Assembly (NCBI RefSeq): GCF_020745735.1
Contig: NC_083410.1
Span: 4,190,117 to 4,254,116 of the forward strand
Direction of reading: 5' to 3'
Length of the DNA: 64,000 nucleotides
Origin: Hemiscyllium ocellatum
Lineage: Eukaryota
Every line of letters begins with the position of its first letter. Within the stretch, counting starts at the first letter, position 1. The position numbers were made by a program, and so were the translations under genes. This document shows positions 39,311-51,129 of this stretch, piece after piece. The notes beneath the pieces were generated by a model. The model was not told the DNA's origin and did not search any database. It saw nothing but the letters and a program-made list of their open reading frames with translations.

Positions 39311-39356
39311 AGCTGACTGATTGGAACAGACTGAGCAGCCACTTAAAAAGTTTCAT
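39311..39356 (-). CDS. Leader exon of V2, MKLFKWLLSLFQSVS
   Basis: 46 nt, phase-1 donor T|gtgagc, 236-bp intron, splices in frame to V2 (..SVSYPLADPV). Confidence 0.75.
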
Positions 39357-40701
39357 TCTCACCGAAAACTGAAAGGAAAATGCTGAAAGTTTCTAGCAGC
39401 CTGTAATCGATGCACCCTCTCTAATCCACTGTTGCTTCATCTGATTCTATCTCTTAACACTGTGCAAGGCTCTGGGGAGAGAGCAGGACATTGGCAGTCG
39501 GGAATGATGCTCATTTGAAGAGTCAGTGCAGACAGGATGGGCTGAATGGTCTTCTTCTACACTGGAATGTTTCTGTGATTCCCTGATTCTGTCTCTGAGC
39601 CAGATAGACCCTGATTGCACTTGCCTGGAATTTGAGTCAGCAATGGGCATAGTGAGGACCTTCTGATCGGAACCTCGGACTTTCCCTTCCATTCCTGACC
39701 TGAGTTATTATCTCAGGGTTGGGGAATCCTTGGGGTCGGGTCCCAAACACAAACCTGTGACATTGGGCTCACTGTTAGAAAGGCCTGGGACCCACACCAT
39801 CCTCACCTGCAGTCACAGCCTCCTGTCCCTGATCCATGACTAATCTCCAATTCCTGAATCCAATGGGTGGGAGCACTCTCTGGAAAAAGGTTTCCAGGGA
39901 ACTTTCCCCTTCCCTGAAGTGACACAATGTCTGCAGCTCCTCAACTTGGATCCAAACTTCCTCGAGCTGCAAACCCTTCCTCCAGATGTGTTCACTCTGG
40001 ATCCCATTGGGCTCAGAGGGACCTTCATTGAAACCTGTAAGATCCTGAGGGGACTTGACCAGGTGGATGTGGTTCTTATTCAGGGAGAATCTAGAACTAG
40101 GGGGCAGAGTTTATAAATAAAGGATTGCACATTCTAGACAGAGATGAGGAAATGTTTATTCTCAGTGGGTTGTGAGTTTTTAGAATTCCCTTCATCAAAG
40201 GGCAGTGGATGCAGAATCTTGAAATGTTTTTAAGGCAGAGGCAGGGAGATTCTTGATGACCCGGGGAGTTGGTGGTGGGGGGGGGGGGAAGCGGTGGTGG
40301 TGAAAGGTGAACAGGGATATGTAGGAATGTAGAGTTGAGATTAATATCAGATCACTCATCATTTAATTGAGTGGTGGAGTAGGCATGATGGGTTGAATGG
40401 TCTACTCCTGCTCCTATGTCCCTCTGTCAGTGTCTCTTGGAGTAAGGGAGTGAATGAGGGTCATAAGAAGGGGAGTAACGAGGGTGGGGGTGAGGAAGGG
40501 CTTAGCTCAGGACAAAGACATCAGAGATTGAAGTGGAAGTGAACCAGAACAGGAGCTGCAGAGGGTTGTGGGAAATGATGGCATAAAGTCTTGAGAGCTG
40601 AGAGTTTGAAATTTCCCAGATAAATTACTCACATCTTAATGAGTTACACTGGATCCCAGTTTAACCTTCAGTTTAGATGACATTGAGAAACAGATCCCGT
40701 T

Positions 40702-40733
40702 TTAATGTGGAATTGATTCATAGATGTGAATGT
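40702..40733 (-). pseudogene. Candidate terminal cytoplasmic exon (DIHIYESIPH* if entered in phase 1)
   Basis: Acceptor cttgtattccacag|; YxxI motif; phase link to the upstream TM exon is ambiguous. Confidence 0.4.
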
Positions 40734-41462
40734 CTGTGGAATACAAGCCCGTACTAAACAAATCCCTTTGTATTCTGTTAAACTCTCAAATTAAACATAA
40801 ATACAAACTGACAGAGTAATGGTAAGATCCTGTGTGCAGCTCCAACGACACTCAAGAAGCTTCATGCCATTCAGAAGAAATCAGCCCACCTGATTGGCAT
40901 CACAACTAACACCTTCAACGTTCACTCCCTTTTATACTGATGTATAGTATGTACCATCTACAAGATGTCCTTCTGTAATTCACCAAAGCTCATCCAACAT
41001 CAGCTTCAGCCTCTCCCATCTGAAAGGATAAGGACAGCAAGTCCTTCAGGTTCCTGTCCAGGGCACTCACCGTCCTGACATGGAAATACATCATCATCAT
41101 TGTTCCTTTAGTGTCACTCTTTTCAATGACCCAATATCAACTCAAACACAGCAGCTCAGGAAGGCAGCTCACCATCTCCTTCTCAAAACATAGAAAACAG
41201 GAACTGGAGGGGGCCATTCAGCCATTGTTCCTGCACCGCCTTTCAAATTAACCAAGACTGATCATCCAACTCAGTCCCCTGCTCCTGCTTTCTCCTCTTA
41301 TCCTTTGAACCCTTTAACCCTCAGAACGGTATCTAACTCTTCCTTGAAGGTATTCAATGTTTTGGCCTCAGCGGCTTTCTGTGGCAGAGAATTCCACAGG
41401 TTCCCCACTCACTGGGTGAAGACATTTCCTCTCAAGAGCTGTTCACGATGGACAACAAGTAC

Positions 41463-41638
41463 CAGCCTGGTCAGTGATGGCCACATCCCAAGAATGAATG
41501 AACCAAAACCAGACAGAGACAGGAGAATGTTAAATCCAACACTGAGAACAAACAAGATGAAGAAGTAGAAAGACAGAGAGACAGAGAAAGAGTTTGAGAT
41601 TGATGAACTGGTCCAAGAGGAGAAACACTTTATTCTAT
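41463..41638 (-). pseudogene. Connecting-peptide plus transmembrane exon downstream of V3, with CART-like motif
   Basis: cttggcttttattcacag| phase-1 acceptor 147 bp after the V3 donor; DRIKCFSSWTSSSISNSFSVSLSFYFFILFVLSVGFNILLSLS; 3' boundary uncertain. Confidence 0.7.
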
Positions 41639-41785
41639 CTGTGAATAAAAGCCAAGAATTTTTCTATGTTTATATCGAGCTCTCTGCTTTCTCTTTACCA
41701 GAGGAATTTAATACATTCTCCTCTCCAATAAATCCATGTGGAAATGGTTACTGTATCAGATTATTCTAAGATAAACAGGACTTAC

Positions 41786-42129
41786 CTATTACAGTCAGCT
41801 GGGTTCCATTCCCACTGATATCTCCCCACACTTTACAGTAATAGACCCTAGCGTCATTGGGCTGCATGTTTGTGATGGTCAGAATGAAGCTGTTTTTGGA
41901 GGCATCTCTGGAAGACTGGAATCGCTCAGTGAATCCTGGGCTCCATTGTATGATGTTCCTCATGCCACGTGTTAAAACCCACTCCATTTTATCCCCTGGT
42001 TTCTCCCCGTCCCAGTGAACATTGGTGCATGTCACCACAACATTCCTCATGATGCACTGTAACCAGGCAACGTGACCCTTGGTGATGCGTTCCAGAAGCG
42101 GAGACTGTGAAGGACTGCGACATTTGAAC
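41786..42129 (-). pseudogene. V3: germline-joined VJ exon with a 1-bp deletion near its 5' end
   Basis: 344 nt between canonical splice sites; GTCCTTCACAGTCTCCG versus GTCCTTCTCCAGTCTCCG in V1; rest reads LQCIMRN..VHW..GFTERFQSSRD..YYCKVWGDISGNGTQLTVI. Confidence 0.85.
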
Positions 42130-42679
42130 CTTTAAGAGAAAATGTGAATAAATTAAAACTGATCTGAACTTTCTAGAGAATTCCAATTTAGAGTTAATGA
42201 GAAAGGACAGATGCTAAGTGTATCAGAGTGAACCAGAGGGATTAATTATTCAAACTAACAATGGTATTATAGAACATAAGGTCATATATATGGAGCAGAA
42301 TTAGGCCATTCAGCCCATCAGGTCTGCTCTGCCATTCCATCATGGCTGGTATGTTTCAATCCCATTGTCCTGCTCTCTCCCCATAACCCTTGATCCATTT
42401 GTTCATAAGAACCCTGTCTGAAATAGACTCAATGACTTGGCCTCTACAGTTCTCTGCAGCAATCAGTTCCACAGATTTACCACCTTTTGTCTGAAGAAAT
42501 TCCTCTTCATCTCAGCTGTAACTGATCATCCCTTCCCTGTAAGGCTGTGCCCTGGATCCTACTCTCTCCAACAAACATCTTCTCCATGTCCACTCTATCC
42601 AGGCCTCTGAGTATTCTGTGATGAAACAAACTGTATTCACTGCTCACAATGTAATATCCTCTTCAGTTAGTAAATGAAA

Positions 42680-43260
42680 CACAGACTGGGTGACCCCTTC
42701 TCAGAACACCTCCATTCTGTATGCAAAAAAGCTCCCAGGTGCTTGCCACTCCAACACCCCATCGTGTTCCCTGGCCAACATCTCTGTCTCAGTCTTGCTG
42801 CAATGTTCTTGTGAAGCTCAGTGCAAGCTGGAACAACAGCACCTCATTTTCCAATTGGTTACCCTGCAGCCTTCTGAAATTAATATCGAGTTCAACAATT
42901 TTAGAGACTGAGCACCTTTCCCCATGCTTTCCCCCTCCCTCACACACCAGGCCTTATCAGTACCCAGACAGCTACCATACATTAATGTCAATCACTAATT
43001 CCCCATCTGCAGCTGCTCATTCCCCCAGACTGGCCATTAACTACACCTTTGTCTGTTCAACAGCTTTTTTCTCACACTGGGCACTATCTCCATCAATTGT
43101 TTATTTTCACCATCCTCCCCACCCCACCTTCTATATAAAAACCATTATTTTCCTCATTGCCATTTGTTCTGGACAAGGGTCATTGGGCCTGCAATATTAA
43201 TTTTGATTTCTCTGCATCGATGCTACCAGATTTGCTGAGATTTTCCAGCAATTTCAGTTT
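42680..43260 (+). mobile_element. Penelope-like GIY-YIG 3' fragment
   Basis: KLEQQHLIFQLVTLQPSEINIEFNNF. Confidence 0.75.
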
Positions 43261-43959
43261 TTATCCTCAGAAATGGAATCAGAAACAGTCTCTGAGTGTT
43301 ATTGTTTGAAAGACAAAGTATGAGTGAGGAAATAGAGACCATCCCAGATGCTAGGTGATGAGAAATGGACAGTGGTCCATCAGGTGGTCACTCCATCTGA
43401 GGGCCAGAATGAAATTTTACTATCTAGCTCATGAAGTTTCAATGACAGGTCATTTATGGATGAGGAACACACAATTGAAAATATTAAAACATTTTTATGG
43501 TTCAGGATTACATAAAGATTTTATATTTTACCAGACAGGCTGGTCCATGTCAGGACTTGGGGAATATCCAACCCTCAATTAAAGCTTCACCTTGAATTCC
43601 GATCACAGCTTTTGAAGAACCGTTTAGCAGGGTCTTAATAGATTGTTTAGGAGCCCGACCACAACCCAGGAATGGCAACCAATGGGTCACTGCAGTGGTT
43701 CAAGAAGGCAGCTCAGCACCACCTTCTCAAGGGCAATTAAGGATGGGCAATAAATGCTGGCCCCGCTAGTGATGCCCACATCTCACGAAATAATTAAATA
43801 AATTACTGCACCTGAGCTCAGCTTCCTCCTCTCAGTGAATCCATCCCCGAGATCACTCTCCATCACTTCCTCAATCTTCTTGATCACAAACTGATCTCCA
43901 ATTCATTCATTGGGTAAGAGGTTATTGCTGGAGGAGATTGCCATGTAAACTCTACTTAC

Positions 43960-44304
43960 TGGTGATATTGAGCTGGCTTCCTCTCCCATAGATCCTTCCC
44001 CAGATGAAGCAGTAATAGACACCACTGTCACTGAGCTGCACTCTTTTGATGATCAGAATAAAGCTGTTACTGGAGGAGTCTCTGGAAGACTGGAATCGCT
44101 CAGTGAATCCTGGGTACCATTGTGTGGAGCTACTTCCTAGATGTGTTAAAACCCGCTCCATAATTTGCTCTGGGGACAGTCGGAACCAGTGCACATCGGT
44201 GTGTGTCACTGCGGCATTCCTCATAGTACACTGTAAACAGGCAGTGTGACCCTCGGTGATATGTTCCAGGCTCCGAGGCTGGAGAAGGGCTGGGCTAGTG
44301 ATAC
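43960..44304 (-). CDS. V4: germline-joined VJ exon (intact), paralog of V1
   Basis: ttcaag|GT ATC acceptor, ACC A|gtaagt donor, 345 nt; ITSPALLQP..LQCTMRN..VHWFR..GFTERFQSSRD..DSGVYYCFIWGRIYGRGSQLNIT; downstream intron 43810-43950 matches 3313-3453. Confidence 0.9.
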
Positions 44305-45309
44305 CTTGAACAAAAAAGGAACAATAAGTTTATTCCCACAACAGCAAATTCTCAGTACTACCATTTTGAAAGGATCTGACAGGTTGGTCGGAGTTATAAG
44401 TTAAAATGAGAGAACACGTTGTTACACTGAGTGATTGAGATACATTTGTGACTGATTCAGGTAAAAAAAATCCATCAACAAAATAGAAATAATTTTAAAA
44501 AACAGTGTGTTAAATAATATTTCTGAACTCTCCTTAGAATCTGATCGACATTTTGGACATGCCATTTTTCTGCACCTGGATCAAAACTCAGGTTCACTTC
44601 CACCTGAAAGGACAAGGGCAACGGACAGATGAGAACACCACCCCCCAACAAGATCCCTTCCAAATCACTCATCATCCTGTTTTGGGGAATATATCATTGT
44701 TTCTTTGTAGTGACTGTAATGAGGTCAGCCAGGTGGCTGTTAACCCGGTCCAATCGGAGCCCTGGCTGACACAGAAGAGCAGGAGTATCAGAAGTTCTAC
44801 TTTCTATGGACCAGGCCAGACCCCCTCAAAACATTTCAAGAAAGTGCCTCAGACCCTAACTTTGCTCATTGTTTTAAGCAGGTATAACATGAATATTCCA
44901 GTTGATCAAACCACATAGTTATAAACAAAACAGAATTTACTTACAAGATAGCTGAATGAAAAACCGAATGAAAAACAAACAAAAGATACAGAATACAGAA
45001 TAAAGTAACCTATCTGAAAACCCAGCAGATCATCCTAACTTCATGCTGCTGCTCCAAGTATTTGCAACAATCTCCATAAACTCCATAAACAAAAGGTAAA
45101 ATCAAACACAGGGTCTTACAGGAGAGAAGTCAGAGACAGGATCAGCATGGACAGAAGTCTTTAGGTCCAGCAGGTTTTACAACTGCCTGGCTGCTTTCAG
45201 TGATTAGCCAGACTGCCAAAACCAAACCAAACCAGAGAGAAGCTGTATATCACACCTCTCCCCTTAATAAAATGAAACATTAATAAGCAAAAAGGACTTT
45301 TCTTAGATC

Positions 45310-45620
45310 TCTTACAGTGTGGAAACAGGCCCTTTGGCCCAACAAGTCCACACTGACCCGCCGAAGCGCAACCCAATCAGACCCATTCACCGACATTTAC
45401 CCCATTCACCTAACACTACAGGCAATTTAGCATGGCCAATTCAACTAACCTGCACATTTTTGGATTGTGGGAGAAAACCGGAGCACCTGGAAGAAACCCA
45501 CGCAGATACGGGGAGAATGTGTAAACTCCACACAGAGAGTCGCCTGAGGTGGGAATTGAACCCGGGTCTCTGGCGCTGTGAGGCAGAAGTGCTAACAAGT
45601 GTACCACTGTGCCGCCATGC
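45310..45620 (-). mobile_element. V-SINE (HE1-like)
   Basis: Reverse complement of the 23520-23848 family. Confidence 0.85.
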
Positions 45621-46949
45621 CACCCATTTTAAAAACCCTTTATCCTAAACCATTAGTACCCTATAATACACATGTACATTACATTAAAAATAATCATGCA
45701 AAGATGTACTACTACATTCTGTTTCAGTCTGTTTACTCCTGCTTCCGAATGCCTCCGTTTCTCATTCGGGTCTCGACAACGCATTGGCAGTCACATTTTC
45801 TCGACATGCCACATGCACAATTTTCAAACCAAATGGCTGTGACAACAAGCTCCATCTAAACAATCTGGAATTTCTATCCTTAAATTTCTCCGATATGTTA
45901 CTGTAACATGAACAATGAAATGTTGTAAAGCTACCACCAATCTCAAGGTCTCCTTCTCAAATGTCAGATATTTCAGTGAATGAATGTTCAATATTCTGAA
46001 AAAATACCCAATAGGTCTTTCTATCTTCTCATCATCTTCCTGCAAAAGCACAGCACTGACACCCACGTCACTTGTATTGATAGCCACCTTGAATGGCTTT
46101 GTGTAATGCTGGGGCAGTGCTGAGGCAGTGGTTAACACAACTTTCAGGCTGTCAAATGCCTTCTGACTGTCTGCTGTCCACTGAAATGTCTTGTCTTTCT
46201 TGAGCAATTCAGTGGGTGGAGCAGATGCACTGCTAAAATTTGCTGTGGAAAACCCCCTAATTACTTTTGTTTTTGCATCCCATGGGGCCATTTGTCCATG
46301 TCTAATAACATGGCCCAGAAAGTGACTTGGGCTTTGGCAAATTCACTTTTAGCCATGTTTATCACCGAGCCTGCCTTCTGAAATTGGCCAAATAAGTCCG
46401 AAAAATGTTGCAAATGTTCCTTTCAGGTGTGACTAAAAATGATCAATTCATCTGTTTTTCGGTGGCGGTTGGAGTGGGAGAGGAGGGACAGTGAGGACCA
46501 GGGGCCCGACAAGAAGGTAAATTTTAAAGGTATAAAGGTTTACCTCATGTGTAGGTGAAGCACACACTGAGCAGGAGCAGACATGGGACTGCTGGGTAAG
46601 TGAGGATTTGTATTTGGGTGGTTGCTTTACCAGAAACAATGCTCAGGTAGTGTCTCCCATCCACCCACCTCCTCCAACCAAAAAAAAGGTTGTATGTGCC
46701 AATTTTATGAGGATGTTGCCTGGTATGGAGGGAAGGTCAGATGAAGAAAGGCTGAGGGATTTGAGGCTGTCTTTGTTCAAGAGAAGACAGTTGAGAGGTG
46801 ACTTAATTGAGACATATAAAATAATCAGAGGGTTAGATAGGTTGGTACAATGAGAGCCTTTTTTCTTAGTTGGTGATGGCTAGAATGAGAGGACACAGCT
46901 TTAAAGTGCGACAGCAGTAGACCCGCCAACTGTAAGGGCATTTAAATGG

Positions 46950-46951
<2 letters not shown>

Positions 46952-47001
<50 letters not shown>

Positions 47002-47007
47002 TCTCTC
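46952..47007. repeat. (CT)n microsatellite
   Basis: Visible dinucleotide run. Confidence 0.95.
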
Positions 47008-49599
47008 AATTATGTCATCTTCAAGCATGCATTCGATCTTCTTTTCAACATCTGCCAGCTTTAGAGGCTTATGCCTCTCCTATATCTACATCATACATAA
47101 TTAGAGAAACTGAGGAATACAGATGCTGGAGATCAGAGTTGAGATTGTGGTGCTGGAAAAGCACAGCAGGTCAGGCAGCATCCGAGGAGCAGGAGAATCA
47201 ATGTTTCGGGCGTAAGTCCTTCATCAGGAATGAGGCTTGTTGGCTGGGGTGCTGAGAGATAAATGGGAGGGGGGTTGGGCTGAGGACACGGTAGCTGAGA
47301 ATGCAGTAGGTAGTTCATGCATAATTAGGTGAGTATTTCCCAGCTTATTTCCACATATCTCCCAATGTGATAGCAATATCTCTTTCAGATCATTTAGATT
47401 TTTCTCTGGAAAGTTACTCAATAATTTATCTCAATTTTTGGCAACTTCCTGATTGTCCAATTTAATTCCATAAATATCCACTTAAGAATTCACCAAACTT
47501 GGTTCTTCGCTCTGTGTTGTCACCAGTAACGCATTCTCCTCTTGTTTCCTTCTCTGTCAAAATACCTTTTCAACATATTTGCATGACACACTCTGTGAGA
47601 TTCCTTTGAGTTTGGAGTCCTTATCAAATAGTTCAGCTCATTCAATTTCCTTTTGACTTGATAAGATCGACTAAACCTTTCTTGTAAAGTTCACCTAACA
47701 TGAGAATTCACACTGAAACCTTATCACCAAAGCAAAACTGTGAGTTTTTGATTTCTTGTTTGCTTCTTGCTTCCAATGAGGAAGTTGTCCAAAATTGGGA
47801 TATTTTATTGAGTTACCTTCCAGAGAAAAATCAGGAATGACTAAATTTGATCGATTTATTTGATGCATCTCTGATTGCAAAAAATACAATTGGAATTCCC
47901 TTATCCCAACCATCTGGATAGTCTTGACTATAAGCCTATGACATGGTCTTCATTGTCTGATGGCACCTTTCTAGCACTCCCTGTGACTCTGGATTGTACG
48001 CCAGAGGCTTGAATTGTTTTAATCTTAAGCTGTCCACAACTTCCTTGAATAAGTTAGATATAAAGATTGATCCTTGATCTACTTGTACCTCGGTGGGTCG
48101 TCCGTATCTCATGAAAAAATTCAGTAATTCCTCCACAATCCTTTTAGCTGTGATACTGCAAAATAGAGTGGCCTCTGGAAATCTCAAGGACACATCAATT
48201 TTGTTAAGAAATACTGATTCCCACTTTTTTGTAAGGTCAGGGTCCTATCTAATCAATTAAGACACTTGGAAAAGGTTCCTCAAATTCAGGAATAGGTATT
48301 AAAAATGTGAGTTTTATTATTACCTGTGGTTTTCCAATTACCTGACATATATGACATAGGGGAAAGTGAGGACTGGAGATCAGAGTTGAGAGTGCTGGAA
48401 AAGCACAGCAGGTCAGGCTACATCTGAGAATCAGGAAAAACCCTTCATCAGGAACTTATGTGACATCTGGCAAAATTCAACAACATCTTTGTGCAGTCCA
48501 GGCCATTAGTAAAAATGTTTTTGTATTTTATCCCGAGTTTTCTCATTCCTAAATGATCCCCTAGTGGTAGTTTGTGTGTACACTGGGTCTCGTTGGAGTG
48601 GTTTTGAAAAACAACTTCTTGTTTTAAAAAGTTGGAGAATTTACAGCTTTGTGATTCAGAGTGAGTTTCACCAATGGACCCATGTTGACACTCACATAAA
48701 TTCTCCATGATCAATAATATTGAATTTCTTTTATTAAAACACCTCCAGGATTTCACAAACTGTGAACCAGTTTGAAGTTCAGTATCTGTGACAGCACCAA
48801 TTCCTGGGTCTGTTCCAAACCAGGATCATTTCCAAAGATGAATGTGTTGAACTCCAGTTCATGTTTTGTGTGACATTGTTCACTGAAGAAGAGAAGTTGA
48901 TGGTCAGGAGATGGAGAGTATCCCCTGATGTGTTTTAACATTGTGCTTTGTGATCTTTAAATCTTCAAATTGGATGCCTGAGCACACCACACACCATCTG
49001 ATGGAAACAAGGACAAAATGCAATCTTCTCTCTGTTGCTGCTGATTATATCCACTCTTGCCAGATGATCTGCCGTCGTGATATCACATTCATCTGTCGTG
49101 TACCAGCCTTACTGTAGCTCATCGGAAACCACTCTGTGACACCTGCCTAGTCCACTGGAAAGTCAGCTTCCAGAAATAGTTTTGACAGCCACAGCTTCTG
49201 TCCTATGTGCAAGAGAGAGAAACCAGCTGAACCAAGCTGCCCCCTCACGCTCACTGAGAGTGTAGAGTGTCCATCTGTGCTCCCACTATTTCCCAGCTGG
49301 TCAATGGACAGACAACAATGTGAAATAAACTGAGGATTTCACCACCTACACAACAATGAGAGGGAACACCAGTAGGAAATGTGGTTTTGACAATTTGCCT
49401 GTGATAGGGGTTGCCTTTTCTGAACACCAGCTGCAAACTGAGCCCAGGAAACAGAAATGGGGAGGCAATAGTTGCTGCATATAGTGGAACCTCACTATTC
49501 CCAAAATCACAGGAATATTCTGATGAAGAAGGAAGCCATTTGGGTCCATTGTTTCAGCACTGGACCTCCCAGCACTTTAACTTCAACTACAGGGAATGG

Positions 49600-51120
49600 G
49601 TGAGATAATAAAGAAATATTTCACGTCAGTATTTAATGTGGAGAAGAATATGGAAACTGGAGAACTTGGTTAAATAACTAGTGATATCTTGAAAAGTGTC
49701 CATACAACAGAAGAGGAGGTGTAGAATGTCTCAAAATGCAGTGTGCCACAAGGGTCAGTGTTGGGTCCACTGCTTTTTGCTATTTATATGAACAATTTGG
49801 ATGTGAATAAAGGGAGTATGGTTGGTAAGCTTGTAGATGACACCAAAATTGAAGCTAAACTGGACAGTAAAGAAGGTAATCTCAGAATACAAATGAACCT
49901 TGATCAAATGGGCCAATGGGCCGATGAGAGGCAGATTGAGTTTAATTTAGATAAATGTGAGATCTTGCACTTTGCTGAGGCAAGTCAGGGCAGGACTCAT
50001 AGAGTTAAGAATTGGGCCCTGGGGTGTGTTGCCAAAAAAGGGGACCTTGGGGTGCAGGTTATAGAAAGTGGAATGGCATTTAGATAGGATAGTGAAGAAG
50101 ACAGTTGGTACTTTTGCCTTTACTGGACAGTGCATTGAGTATAGGAGTTAGGATGCCATGTTTTGGTTGTACAGGACATTGGTTAGGCCACTTTTAGAAT
50201 ATTACATTCTATTCTGTTGTCTTTGTGATCGGAAAGATTTTGTTAAAATTGAAATCATTCAGAAAAGTTTTACAAGAATGTTGTTGGGGTTGCAGGATTT
50301 GAGCTATAGGGAGAGGCTGAATAGGCTGAAGCTGTTTTCCCTGGAGGTCAGAGGCTGAGGGGTATCGTTCTAGAGTTTTATGAAATCATGAAGGGAATGG
50401 ATCAGGTGAATATCCACGGGAATTTTCCCAGTGCAGGGATGTCTAAATTTGGAGACATTGGTTTAATGTGAGAGGAAAAAACTTTAGAAGTATGGAATAA
50501 GGTGGGTGAACTTGCAGCATGGGTTGGTACCTGGGACTTCAATGCTGTAGTCATTTCGGAAACATGGGTAGAGCAGGGATAGGAATGGTTGTTGCAGGTT
50601 CTGGGATTTATATGTTTCAGTAAGAACAGGTAAGATGGTAAAAGAAGGGGAGGTGTAGCATTGCTAGTCAAGGACAGTATTACAGTGGCAGAAAGGGCAT
50701 TTGAGGACTCATTGACTGAGGTAGTAAGGGCTGAGGTTAGTATTAGGAAAGGAGAGCTCACCCTGTTGGGAGTTTTCTATAGGCCTCCAAATCATTCCAG
50801 AGATGCAGATAAAAGGATAGCAATGATGATTCTTGATAGGAGCAAGAGTAGCAGGGTAGTTGTTAAGGGGGACTTAACTTGTCAAATATTGACTGGGAAT
50901 ACTATAGTCCAAGTACTTAGACGGTTCAGCTTTTGTCCAATGTGTGCAGTAGGGTTTCCTGACACGGTATCTAGACAAGTCAACAAGGGGCAAGGCCACA
51001 CTGGATTTGGTACTAGGTAATGAGCCAGGCCAGGTGTTAGATTTGGAGGTAGGTGAGCACTTTGGTGATAGCGAGCACAATTCCGTTTTGTTTGATTCAG
51101 CGATGGAAAGGGATCGCAAG
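49600..51120 (+). mobile_element. CR1 LINE fragments (RT, then endonuclease)
   Basis: PQGSVLGPLLFAIYMNNL..DDTK; LVRPLLEY; LLGVFYRPPN. Confidence 0.85.
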
Positions 51121-51129
51121 GTAACAATT

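Larger units (their letters stand above)
44715..48600 (-). mobile_element. 5'-truncated Ty3/Gypsy LTR retrotransposon with INT upstream of RT-RNaseH (Gmr1-like), carrying nested SINE/CR1/Penelope insertions
   Basis: 3' LTR 44715-45254 (TG...CA) preceded by PPT AAGGGGAGAGG; RT/RNaseH at 45824-46440 (FQWTADSQKAFDSLK..PFKVA..DVGVSAVLLQ); integrase core at 47936-48193 (YGRPTEVQVDQGS..PESQGVLER.HQT); Zn-binding remnant near 48450-48580. Confidence 0.85.

Noticed and set aside
3463-44304. Ordinary rearranging TCR-gamma or Ig light-chain V array
   Set aside because: Each V runs into a J-like strand and splice donor with no heptamer/nonamer, and no separate J segments were seen
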